Shown here piece by piece: positions 1 to 7,743 of a stretch of 64,000 bases of DNA. The DNA lies in the IMG/VR virus record IMGVR_UViG_3300020171_000004, positions 1 through 64,000 of that record. One strand, written 5' to 3'. The position numbers were made by a program, and so were the translations under genes. The DNA is from a virus. The notes under the pieces were generated by a model, which searched no databases, was not told where the DNA came from, and was given only the letters and a program-made list of their open reading frames with translations. Position 1 is the first letter of the stretch. Every line of letters starts with the position of its first letter.

Positions 1-835
1 CTGTATGGTCAACGTAGGCCGACTTGACGTTATACGCTGGGGTGTAACTTCCAGTTGATTCCAGCACCCACAAGCTGTCACTCCTATAACCCTCCATGCT
101 TCGGCCATAAACAACATAATTTATAAAGCATGTTGGCGGGTCAGGCGTTTCCTCTGGGGTTGTGCTTAAAACAATAAACAGCTTCGTTTTGTCGGCATTG
201 AAGCTCGCACTACAGGCGGTTGAGTCGAGAAGCCCAAACTGGTCAAAGTCAAATTCCTGCTCATACAGCAGAAATGGCTCGTCCTCAGGCACACAGTACG
301 CCAAGCTTTCTAGATCGGTTGCCGTCACTATTACCTTGTTCTTGATTGTGTCTCCTGGCCCCTCTACTAATTCCAACCCCTTGATGATGCACAATGAGAA
401 TACAATATCCATGTGTTGCTGTGTTGTACCATCATCGTAGAATAGAATATTTGCTACTGGATAGCGTACCTGAAAGAGCGTGTGTTCTCCGTGAGTCGCA
501 TCTTGGATTATCTGCCCACATGATGATATTGCATCAAGCGATGTATTAATAAGTGAGGCATAATTAAAATAGACAGAGCAATGGCCGGTTGATTCTACGG
601 AAAACGATGGGTCAATATATCCACCGGCTATAAGGGCAATATTCTTACACCCTTCCTCTTTTATTTCTGTAGCCTCATCACTGGCCTCTTGTTCTACTTT
701 GTTAGTCTCTCCATGCTCCATGTAGGAAACGTTTATCCGTACTTCATACCTCCCGAAGCTGGACAAGCACTCAACAGTAACTCCCTCGGTTGGAGACACT
801 ACCCGCCTACCCTCATTGAGTTTCTGGAAGGACAT
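1..835 (-). CDS. Tail-fibre-like structural protein, partial (3' end lies beyond the left window edge)
   Basis: The minus-strand frame is open from ATG 835..833 (GGAG 6 nt upstream) to position 1 (MSFQKLNEGRRVVSPTEGVTVECL...YTPAYNVKSAYVDHT). It is absent from the ORF track because no stop lies in the window. The frame is also open upstream to about 1035, so a GTG start at 955 cannot be excluded. Confidence 0.5.
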   Translation of the reverse strand, partial: MSFQKLNEGRRVVSPTEGVTVECLSSFGRYEVRINVSYMEHGETNKVEQEASDEATEIKEEGCKNIALIAGGYIDPSFSVESTGHCSVYFNYASLINTSLDAISSCGQIIQDATHGEHTLFQVRYPVANILFYDDGTTQQHMDIVFSLCIIKGLELVEGPGDTIKNKVIVTATDLESLAYCVPEDEPFLLYEQEFDFDQFGLLDSTACSASFNADKTKLFIVLSTTPEETPDPPTCFINYVVYGRSMEGYRSDSLWVLESTGSYTPAYNVKSAYVDHT

Positions 836-927
836 CTGCCGCTCCAGGATGGCAAGCTGGGCTTGAGCGAATTTAATGTACCCCTTGCTTTGATGAATAT
901 CACCAGAGAATGTAGTTTTTATTGGAA

Positions 928-1545
928 TCAATTCAACCAGATAGGTGAGGAACACACCCCCTCGCGATGGTTCTTTATAATCTCGTAATGTAACGGAACA
1001 AGCATTGAGCTTCTTATCTGAGGGACTTTTGCTATGAAGCTACTGGTTACGCTGATGTCTACCACCACTACTGATGACATTGCACATACAGGAGCAACAA
1101 AAGTCCCTACGTTCAGGCCGTAATTGCTTACATTGGATGAGATAATCGGGGCAGATACCCTGAAATCACCACTCCCTACTTCCTGCGCATACCCGCTCGA
1201 AGACATGGCCGCCATCGGACTGTGCAGGGTTGAGTTTACCCATATCGGATTATCAACGACCGAGTTTATGCTGGGGCAAGGAGCGTTGATGGATATGTCT
1301 GGAGACATGCCTATGGAAATACTGACCAGCGGCGATGCAAAATTACCACTTATCACTATCCCATTCATGACAGTGGAGTGTATCTCGGCACGAGTGGCAA
1401 TGCTCCCGTAAATTGCATACGGATTTACCCCAGTTCCATCTATGGTCGGAGTGCCTACAGCGAAAGAACAACTCACTTGGATAGGGTTGTCTGCTACCCC
1501 ATAGATACTGACAAGCGGGGCTATGAACTCATTGTCATTGGCCAT
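928..1545 (-). CDS. Repeat-containing tail-fibre-like structural protein (205 aa)
   Basis: The ATG abuts the upstream stop (TAAATG). The protein is Ser/Val/Pro-rich with about five degenerate repeats (APLVSIYGVADNPIQV, SPLVSISIGMSPDISI, APIISSNVSNYGLNV, APVCAMSSVVVVDISV). The segment is G+C-rich. Confidence 0.5.
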   Translation of the reverse strand: MANDNEFIAPLVSIYGVADNPIQVSCSFAVGTPTIDGTGVNPYAIYGSIATRAEIHSTVMNGIVISGNFASPLVSISIGMSPDISINAPCPSINSVVDNPIWVNSTLHSPMAAMSSSGYAQEVGSGDFRVSAPIISSNVSNYGLNVGTFVAPVCAMSSVVVVDISVTSSFIAKVPQIRSSMLVPLHYEIIKNHREGVCSSPIWLN

Positions 1546-2019
1546 TTACGCCTTGGTGGTCGTATAATTGTGATTATTAACTGTGGCGGTAACTCCTTCC
1601 ACGATGGTTGTATTGCTCCAATTCATCTCATACGCAGTTGATGTTCCTATGGCCCCGTCAAGCCTTACAGCCGTGGTGCTGGCACCTGTTACGACTGCGT
1701 TATCATACCATCTGAACCACCCTGCTGCTGTTCCGGTGCTGGCTGCGGCAAGTCCTATGCCGCTCCATGTCTCTGCTGCGGTCTTAGCTAACACTCCTGC
1801 CGTCGATACATCCATGTTCAAGCCGTTGGTAGAGACCCCTGGAACAAAGGCCCCGCTGCCAACCGTCAAGATCATCAGCAGGGTGCCGGTCTCGCTTGCA
1901 TCAGCCGTGGCCGGTTGCGACCCTGAATAGATATGGATGACACTGTTGGCCATTACGGTCTTGACACTTCCAACTGCATTGACTGCATCAGCGAATCCTG
2001 TACTTAATCTCTCTGCCAT
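1546..2019 (-). CDS. Structural (tail-associated) protein, 157 aa
   Basis: An intact ORF in a tightly packed minus-strand late operon. It is Gly/Thr/Ala-rich and beta-type. Overlapping plus-strand ORFs are judged antisense artefacts. Confidence 0.5.
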   Translation of the reverse strand: MAERLSTGFADAVNAVGSVKTVMANSVIHIYSGSQPATADASETGTLLMILTVGSGAFVPGVSTNGLNMDVSTAGVLAKTAAETWSGIGLAAASTGTAAGWFRWYDNAVVTGASTTAVRLDGAIGTSTAYEMNWSNTTIVEGVTATVNNHNYTTTKA

Positions 2020-2031
2020 TTTATGATCCTC

Positions 2032-2955
2032 TTAATATACTGAGTTAATTACGTTATGTCCATCAGCAACAGTTGCGCCCATAGCACCAGATGGATAGAT
2101 TAGTTTCTTTTCTGTAGCAACTGTCAATTGACCATCAGCAGATCCTATACACAATCCGGCATCAGATGACCATACAGCAGACAAACCTGGAATCTGAAAT
2201 TCTGATTGACTAAGATCTACAAGTTCTATATTTTCTGACCATTCGTGCGCAGGGAATGGTGATTTCTTAATATACTGCATATCATCAAACTTATCACCAG
2301 CAGCAATAAATGCAGTCTTTTCACTATCAGATACCCAAACTCCACCTTTAACAGCCTTCATCATTCTTCCATTAGATCCAAACTGAAAGAACCGTCTTGC
2401 CATATCATACTTGCCATATGCGTTAGGTTCAGATACCCAAATAACATTCCCCTGCATTATCCACATACATGAGTTAAACAACTCAATATGACTACCTAAT
2501 GGAGCTGGATAAAAAGCCCTAACAGTAGTAGCACCTACATGATCAGTCAGTGCTGGCCATGCAGTTGAAATTCCATTTTCAATAACCCCATTTTGATATG
2601 GGCTAGTATAATAGGTCTTTGCACCTACCTGCTTAAATGCAATTCTTGCACCTTTAGTAAGACCAGAACGAATCCCCGTTAGTGAAAAATCAGTACCAAT
2701 CTGATATAACGCAGAATCACTTTCTCTATCCTGAACAACAAAGGCATCACCTTTATCACAAAAAAGAGAATGTGAAATTATTGATGAAAGTTCAATTTGC
2801 CCAAGTCGTCTAGAAATCATTCCAGAATCATCAATATCACAATCGACTGCTTCAGCAAGAAAACCTACACCAGTTTCAGGATTATATGGATGCCTCAAAG
2901 GATCAATAATATTATTAATCCCTAAAGCACCTTTTAGAATAATTGATTCAGTCAT
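2032..2955 (-). CDS. Tail/baseplate-type structural protein, 307 aa
   Basis: A long intact ORF with an ATG start. It is spaced 3 nt from the upstream gene in the late operon. I recognised no enzymatic motif. Confidence 0.5.
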   Translation of the reverse strand: MTESIILKGALGINNIIDPLRHPYNPETGVGFLAEAVDCDIDDSGMISRRLGQIELSSIISHSLFCDKGDAFVVQDRESDSALYQIGTDFSLTGIRSGLTKGARIAFKQVGAKTYYTSPYQNGVIENGISTAWPALTDHVGATTVRAFYPAPLGSHIELFNSCMWIMQGNVIWVSEPNAYGKYDMARRFFQFGSNGRMMKAVKGGVWVSDSEKTAFIAAGDKFDDMQYIKKSPFPAHEWSENIELVDLSQSEFQIPGLSAVWSSDAGLCIGSADGQLTVATEKKLIYPSGAMGATVADGHNVINSVY

Positions 2956-2958
2956 ATT

Positions 2959-3870
2959 TTATCTCAATATTAACCCACGAGAATCATAAGGAATTGTAAG
3001 TTCAAGTGTTTGCAAGGCGTCAAAAAACAAACCTTTATATTTTATTGTATTTGGAGTTAAATTTGCTGTTTTATCTGCTCCTTCAATTCCATCTTCAAGA
3101 AACTCATAAGCTTTCCATGCAGCAAAATTCGTCAATAATGCTATTTGCAAATGTTCAGGAATACCATCTGGAACATCCATATCATAAACCATTATAACAG
3201 GTTTCCGGTAAAAATGCAAGGTTAAAGTTTCACCAACCAATGGAATCCCCTGATAATATAACTTACCACCATGCTCTACAACCTCAGAAATGTTACCAGC
3301 CCTAGAAAGAGACGGATACGTTGTAATAAAATCAATAAAAGAATGTGCTATGTCAATTTCAGATCCACGCGCTGATACAGCAAGTTGAAGACCTCTTTGA
3401 TAAGTGCTTGGCATATTCACATAAGCTAAAGCAGTATCAGTTGTAACAGTATCTATAGAAAAAAGATCAGGCAACGGTGGTGTAATCATATCATATAAAT
3501 GTGATTTTATACCACCAGCAATTTCAAAAACTCCTTGATTAATGAAATCCCCAATACTATCAGCAATACCAGTATCATCTACAAGAGTATTAGTTCTTGC
3601 TATTAATTCTGCAAAGGTATGACCAGAAGTTGATCTTGCAGCCTCACCATAAAATATCTGAAGATCATCAGTATCTGACATAGTTGTTGTGTCAAATATT
3701 AAAGTAAGAACTTTATCTACAAGTGTTCCTGTAGTTGCAGGAGAAATTGAATTATAAATAACAAGACCATCTGTGCTATTTATTATAACTTCTAAATAAT
3801 CTTCAACTACATTATTAGTAAAAGTTATAGTTTTTGCACTGGCATCAAATACATAATCTGTTCTAAGCAT
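2959..3870 (-). CDS. Tail-type structural protein, 303 aa
   Basis: The track ORF 2959..3891 starts at TTG. I moved the start to ATG 3870..3868, which is preceded by AAGGA (aaggaactgtaATG). Confidence 0.5.
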   Translation of the reverse strand: MLRTDYVFDASAKTITFTNNVVEDYLEVIINSTDGLVIYNSISPATTGTLVDKVLTLIFDTTTMSDTDDLQIFYGEAARSTSGHTFAELIARTNTLVDDTGIADSIGDFINQGVFEIAGGIKSHLYDMITPPLPDLFSIDTVTTDTALAYVNMPSTYQRGLQLAVSARGSEIDIAHSFIDFITTYPSLSRAGNISEVVEHGGKLYYQGIPLVGETLTLHFYRKPVIMVYDMDVPDGIPEHLQIALLTNFAAWKAYEFLEDGIEGADKTANLTPNTIKYKGLFFDALQTLELTIPYDSRGLILR

Positions 3871-3895
3871 TACAGTTCCTTTATTCCACAAGTTT

Positions 3896-3909
3896 GTTCA
3901 TATTTGAAC
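3896..3909. repeat. GTTCA-N4-TGAAC palindrome, copy d
   Basis: The sequence gttcaTATTtgaac lies in the 71-nt gap between genes 3942..4187 and 2959..3870. Confidence 0.8.
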
Positions 3910-3941
3910 GACAAGTTTTCATCAGTTAAATTGAAAATTAT

Positions 3942-4187
3942 TTATAAATCATCTTGCGTTATTGGATTAGTTGGATCAATAAAAACTTCCGTAGCTTCAG
4001 GTCGATGCACTGGTACACTTTGTTTTTCACCTAAAGGCTTAGGATCAGAATATTGTGGATGCTTCTCTTCCCAACAAGTATCAGCGCAAACAAATAGCTT
4101 ATCCCATGTCATTCTACAATCAGAAGCATAACGCTCAAAGCCACACTGGTCACAAATTACTAAATAATCTCCAGGTCTGTAAGTCAT
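3942..4187 (-). CDS. Cys-rich small protein, 81 aa
   Basis: ATG start directly after the upstream TAA. It has a CDQCG...CADTC cysteine pattern (zinc-ribbon-like). Confidence 0.5.
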   Translation of the reverse strand: MTYRPGDYLVICDQCGFERYASDCRMTWDKLFVCADTCWEEKHPQYSDPKPLGEKQSVPVHRPEATEVFIDPTNPITQDDL

Positions 4188-4325
4188 TTATTTGCCTCGT
4201 AGTAATTTTATAAAACTCTTCCACCATTTTTTTACAGGAACAGTAACCATAAATGAAACAGTTTTAGCCTTTTCTGGTGGACCATTAGGTGATTGGTCAA
4301 ATCTTTGCCATTTTGACATATTCAT
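4188..4325 (-). CDS. Small basic protein, 45 aa (below the track cutoff)
   Basis: Hand-translated as MNMSKWQRFDQSPNGPPEKAKTVSFMVTVPVKKWWKSFIKLLRGK. Its start overlaps the endolysin stop as ATGA, and its stop abuts the next ATG. Confidence 0.3.
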   Translation of the reverse strand: MNMSKWQRFDQSPNGPPEKAKTVSFMVTVPVKKWWKSFIKLLRGK

Positions 4326-4753
4326 TTACCATCCAAATTATAAAATTTAATCCTACCTATTCGTGCAACAAATTTGCTTTGAACAGCCCATTTTGGATTT
4401 GGAATACTGACATCAAAATATGAGTCTGCACCAGGGACAGGATTGACATCTAACCCTAAAAGTGCACTGTGTGCTGCCTTCAAACACTGTTTCCATGATG
4501 GGTCACTAGTTATTGGCCACTTAGTAAGTTGTCTGTCTTTTGGGTCAGTAACAGATGAAAATTGCCAAGGATCAAATAAAACACCCATAACATCACGACC
4601 CCACCATCCAGGATGTGCCACTCTGTTTAGCACAACATTAGCAACCCCAAGTTGTGCTTGATAAGATTCACCTCTAGCCTCTCTCCATATCACCAATGCT
4701 AGCATAGCCATATCAGCGTTTCTTTGTAATACATCAGTCATATTATCATCCAA
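4322..4753 (-). CDS. Cell-wall hydrolase, SleB/Hydrolase_2-like (endolysin candidate)
   Basis: The motif ALVIWREARGES...GVANVVLNRV...FDPWQFS matches the SleB-type cell wall hydrolase signature from memory. Confidence 0.75.
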   Translation of the reverse strand: MDDNMTDVLQRNADMAMLALVIWREARGESYQAQLGVANVVLNRVAHPGWWGRDVMGVLFDPWQFSSVTDPKDRQLTKWPITSDPSWKQCLKAAHSALLGLDVNPVPGADSYFDVSIPNPKWAVQSKFVARIGRIKFYNLDGK

Positions 4754-4862
4754 TTAAATACACAATTATCATTCCGATTTCGTCGTAAATTTACCATTAT
4801 TCGACAGTAAATATCCCAACTATCTGTTCGAAGTACTTTTCGTCTAAAATCTACTATTACGT

Positions 4863-5147
4863 TCATTCTTTATCGTCACCGTAGATTTTCTCATAGGCCG
4901 CTACGACTGCAAGGTAAACTTTGTTTTTCGCCACAGTACCAAACCCTCTTGCCTTTAAGTCATTAATTACATATTCTACAGCAGCCTTTCTCTTTTCTGT
5001 TCCAGTGCCAGTTATGGCCGCGGCATACTTTACGGCATCTATAGCGGTCTTTGACAGCTCCACCCCCAGATCAGTAAGATAAATCTTGAGAGATGGCAAC
5101 AGAAAACTCCAAACTGCTGACATAAACAATCGTATTGCTGTAATCAT
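4863..5147 (-). CDS. Single-pass membrane protein, LL-H-type holin-like (94 aa)
   Basis: N-terminal TM segment (AIRLFMSAVWSFLLPSL) followed by GTEKRKAAVEYVINDLKARG, which resembles LL-H holins. It lies next to the endolysin. Confidence 0.45.
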   Translation of the reverse strand: MITAIRLFMSAVWSFLLPSLKIYLTDLGVELSKTAIDAVKYAAAITGTGTEKRKAAVEYVINDLKARGFGTVAKNKVYLAVVAAYEKIYGDDKE

Positions 5148-5148
5148 T

Positions 5149-5580
5149 TTATTTCTCCTTTAATTTTAACTGTTTAGCTATTTTATTCACGTCAGGTAAA
5201 AAAGCAGGACTGACAATAATACCCGCTGGACCTGCGCCATATCCTCGCAAATACCATGATGCATGTCCATCGTCAAATACTACGTCATACTCTCCCCATT
5301 CAACGCTGTTTTTATACCAAGAGTAAAAACTTTCATATCCGTTTTTACTATTATCCGATGTACCAATAAATTTAGTTATAACAACGTACCCCTTGTGTGT
5401 CCCATCATCAGAGTATGCCAATTCTCCCTCAAACCAATACTGATCGGTATAAACTCCAGTAGTCATGTCACAGTCAAAATAAACAACAGGTACGGTTTCT
5501 GAATGAGCTGCACAACCAGAAATAATATTGGTTATACACAGCAATGCCACTGCCCATAATGTTAATGAAAAATATTTCAT
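5149..5580 (-). CDS. Lipoprotein, 143 aa
   Basis: The signal peptide has the lipobox LLCITNIISGC. The start overlaps the upstream Zn-ribbon stop as ATGA. Confidence 0.6.
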   Translation of the reverse strand: MKYFSLTLWAVALLCITNIISGCAAHSETVPVVYFDCDMTTGVYTDQYWFEGELAYSDDGTHKGYVVITKFIGTSDNSKNGYESFYSWYKNSVEWGEYDVVFDDGHASWYLRGYGAGPAGIIVSPAFLPDVNKIAKQLKLKEK

Positions 5581-5726
5581 CTCAAGTCTTTATGATGTGA
5601 CAATAGTTCTGCAACTTCGCTTGCAGTCTTTGCGTAAATCTTTCCACAAGGAATACAGATCACTCCACCATCGTGGTTTCTTACACATTCTTTTTTGCAT
5701 TTAGGGCAAATAAACTTATGTTTCAT
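5577..5726 (-). CDS. Zn-ribbon protein, 49 aa (copy 1, below the track cutoff)
   Basis: Hand-translated as MKHKFICPKCKKECVRNHDGGVICIPCGKIYAKTASEVAELLSHHKDLR. It has ATGA overlaps at both ends. Confidence 0.55.
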   Translation of the reverse strand: MKHKFICPKCKKECVRNHDGGVICIPCGKIYAKTASEVAELLSHHKDLR

Positions 5727-6037
5727 TGGTAGTCACTCCCAGATATTTTTTGTTTAACTTCTGCAGAACCAATACCGATCTTCTTAGAAGAAATAATAGT
5801 TGATATCATATTAAATGCAGCTAACAGTGCGACTACTCCAGCGACAGCTGCGTCAACGAGAGTTTGAATCCACTCCTGAGTAATTTCAAAATCTATAACG
5901 CCGAAGAATTTAAGCGCCCAAGCAACAGCACCAACCAAGAAAACAAGATTAGAAACAAGAGATCCAGTTTTCCAAGATTCAGGATTAGCAACTTCCTTGC
6001 CTTTCTTCAGTGCTCTAAGGATATCACCAAGTACCAT
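5723..6037 (-). CDS. Two-TM membrane protein, holin-like (104 aa)
   Basis: Start moved to ATG 6037, preceded by GAGGGAG. Two hydrophobic helices are present (LVSNLVFLVGAVAWALKFFGVI and AVAGVVALLAAFNMISTII). Confidence 0.5.
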   Translation of the reverse strand: MVLGDILRALKKGKEVANPESWKTGSLVSNLVFLVGAVAWALKFFGVIDFEITQEWIQTLVDAAVAGVVALLAAFNMISTIISSKKIGIGSAEVKQKISGSDYQ

Positions 6038-6038
6038 T

Positions 6039-6188
6039 TTACTCCCTCTCTGTAATGTTATCTTTAAACCATCTATCAATTAGCATCAGCGTATTTTTAC
6101 CGTGGCTTTCTTCATGGTTTTCATGAATGCTCCGAGTGCAGGCTGACAGCATAATAATGATCAACAGTATGCCTAAATTACGAATCAT
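6039..6188 (-). CDS. Small lipoprotein, 49 aa (o-spanin-like)
   Basis: An internal ATG of track ORF 6039..6299 gives MIRNLGILLIIIMLSACTRS..., with lipobox LSAC. It overlaps the peptidase 3' end by 11 nt. Confidence 0.45.
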   Translation of the reverse strand: MIRNLGILLIIIMLSACTRSIHENHEESHGKNTLMLIDRWFKDNITERE

Positions 6189-6687
6189 TACGTACCTTAA
6201 ATCGAGGAATACCCATGTCCTGCAGGTCGGTATCGGCAACTGCTGGAGTATCTCTACCTGGAAGGATAACACCATCAACTGACAGTATTTTTTTAACATA
6301 CTCGACGCAACTTGTTACATCATTATCCCTATTATTAAAACCCCACTGTGCCAAGATAGCCTCTGGTTGACTATATGCAAAACCTACTTGCCGCATAGCC
6401 TCAGTCAATCCAGCCTCTGATAACTTAGATTTACGTGGGTACCAGTAAAAATCTCCCATCTTACTCAATGGGAAAATGCGAACCAATGGTTGAACAGCTT
6501 CAAATATCATCACCCTATCGCCAACCACCCATGCCAACCCAAAATGAGCAAGAGGAGATTTAGTAACGTGCATCACCACTTGAACCTTCTTATCATACCA
6601 AGATGCTGATTTTTCATGTGTAAAAGCAATAGGATCACCGCTATGGATAAGCCGACGCATTTCACTATATATTAAAGGTTTACTCAT
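6178..6687 (-). CDS. Permuted papain-fold (YiiX/NlpC-P60-like) peptidase candidate, 169 aa
   Basis: The pattern GDPIAF...SPLAHFGLAW...IFEAV, with a late catalytic-type Cys (TSCVEYV), resembles permuted papain-like amidases. This rests on memory only. Confidence 0.45.
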   Translation of the reverse strand: MSKPLIYSEMRRLIHSGDPIAFTHEKSASWYDKKVQVVMHVTKSPLAHFGLAWVVGDRVMIFEAVQPLVRIFPLSKMGDFYWYPRKSKLSEAGLTEAMRQVGFAYSQPEAILAQWGFNNRDNDVTSCVEYVKKILSVDGVILPGRDTPAVADTDLQDMGIPRFKVRNDS

Positions 6688-6959
6688 TAATTTCCACCAC
6701 TTTTATGCCATATGCCAATACTTATTAAGCCTATAATAGAACCTATAAGTAAAACTATTAGTGTGTTCCACACTGTCTTTTTTGTCCCATCAAAAAACTC
6801 ATTCAGGTTTTTATAAAATTTAACAGCTTCGCTTAACTCTTCCTTGGTCACAGGGCAGTCACATTCATGTATCTTTACAATTGCCGCTGCTATTGCATGT
6901 ATATCCGCATCTGACAACATCATAGCCCGTCTCTCAAATTCTATTGGCATATCTTCCAT
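6687..6959 (-). CDS. C-terminally anchored membrane protein, 90 aa
   Basis: Start moved to ATG 6959 (MEDMPIEF...), which removes the overlap with 7000..7473. The C-terminal TM segment is TLIVLLIGSIIGLISIGIW. Confidence 0.45.
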   Translation of the reverse strand: MEDMPIEFERRAMMLSDADIHAIAAAIVKIHECDCPVTKEELSEAVKFYKNLNEFFDGTKKTVWNTLIVLLIGSIIGLISIGIWHKSGGN

Positions 6960-6999
6960 ATATGTCCTTTTATAAGAAGTTAATGATATACCAACAGAA

Positions 7000-7473
7000 T
7001 TATTGCATAATCCCAACTGGAGCATCTTCAGGATAAACAATTTCTGGCTTGACCACTTCTGGCTTAACAATAACAGGATCAACGACCTCAACCTTTACGG
7101 CATCGCTAACCGCTTTTGTCACCTCGATAGCAGCAACGGCAGCTATTCCACCCATAGCAACATTGCCAGCAATACCAATCGCCTTGCCGATAATATCATT
7201 TCGTGACGTATCGTATTGCAGACTCGGTGCTTGAACAACAGCTGTTTCGGCCATGGTTGTAATGGTTATGTTATCACCTCGCATTTCCTGCACTCCAGAA
7301 ATAGTAACGGGCTGGTAGATTCGTTGTTTATTCAGATCCCTAAAAACATCCTGCCTGACATTGTTCATATTGGCTTCTTCTTGTGTCACAGCACATCCGG
7401 ATATCATCGAGCCTAGAGCAAGAATCGCGCAAATCCACAAAGCGATTGAAACATAATTTCCCGTTGTCTTCAT
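7000..7473 (-). CDS. Lipoprotein, 157 aa
   Basis: The signal peptide has the lipobox LGSMISGC, the same ISGCA context as 5149..5580. The C-terminus has PEVVKPEIV repeats. Confidence 0.6.
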   Translation of the reverse strand: MKTTGNYVSIALWICAILALGSMISGCAVTQEEANMNNVRQDVFRDLNKQRIYQPVTISGVQEMRGDNITITTMAETAVVQAPSLQYDTSRNDIIGKAIGIAGNVAMGGIAAVAAIEVTKAVSDAVKVEVVDPVIVKPEVVKPEIVYPEDAPVGIMQ

Positions 7474-7619
7474 TCTTTATCCCCTTCTTTTAAAAGTTCT
7501 ACCGCCTCTGCCGCGTCTTCAGCATACATTATTCAACATGATGTGCAAATAAAACCACCATCGTGGTTTCTTCCACATTGCTCTCCGCACTGTGTGCATT
7601 TGAATTCTATAATTTCCAC
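7470..7619 (-). pseudogene. Zn-ribbon paralogue (copy 2) with an in-frame TGA at codon 29; either read through or a split/pseudogene
   Basis: GTG 7619 lies 7 nt after AGGAG. Translation is VEIIEFKCTQCGEQCGRNHDGGFICTSC*IMYAEDAAEAVELLKEGDKE. It has 49 codons, like copy 1, and ends in an ATGA overlap with the lipoprotein start. The TGA at 7535..7533 aligns with Gly (GGA) of copy 1. Confidence 0.5.
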
Positions 7620-7672
7620 AGTATTACTCCTGTCAGGATTAACAAAGCAATAACTTCCACCCACGTCAGCAT
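7607..7672 (-). CDS. Tiny hydrophobic peptide, 21 aa (speculative)
   Basis: Hand-translated as MLTWVEVIALLILTGVILWKL. It has a TAATG overlap with the preceding tiny ORF. Confidence 0.2.
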   Translation of the reverse strand: MLTWVEVIALLILTGVILWKL

Positions 7673-7743
7673 TACACTATTATCCAAACTAGCAATGCTA
7701 AAACAACTAAGTAAGTTATCCAAAATTTCCCGGCAAACGTCAT
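7672..7743 (-). CDS. Tiny hydrophobic peptide, 23 aa (speculative)
   Basis: Hand-translated as MTFAGKFWITYLVVLALLVWIIV. It has an ATGA overlap with the stop of the 649-aa gene. Confidence 0.25.
   Translation of the reverse strand: MTFAGKFWITYLVVLALLVWIIV

Noticed and set aside
7533-7535. Genome-wide reassignment of TGA, as in code 4 or 25 or stop-recoded phages.
   Set aside because: Many genes here clearly terminate at TGA with the next gene starting in an ATGA overlap (for example at 4322, 7740, 9686, 10455 and 16118). All large ORFs are intact under the standard code.
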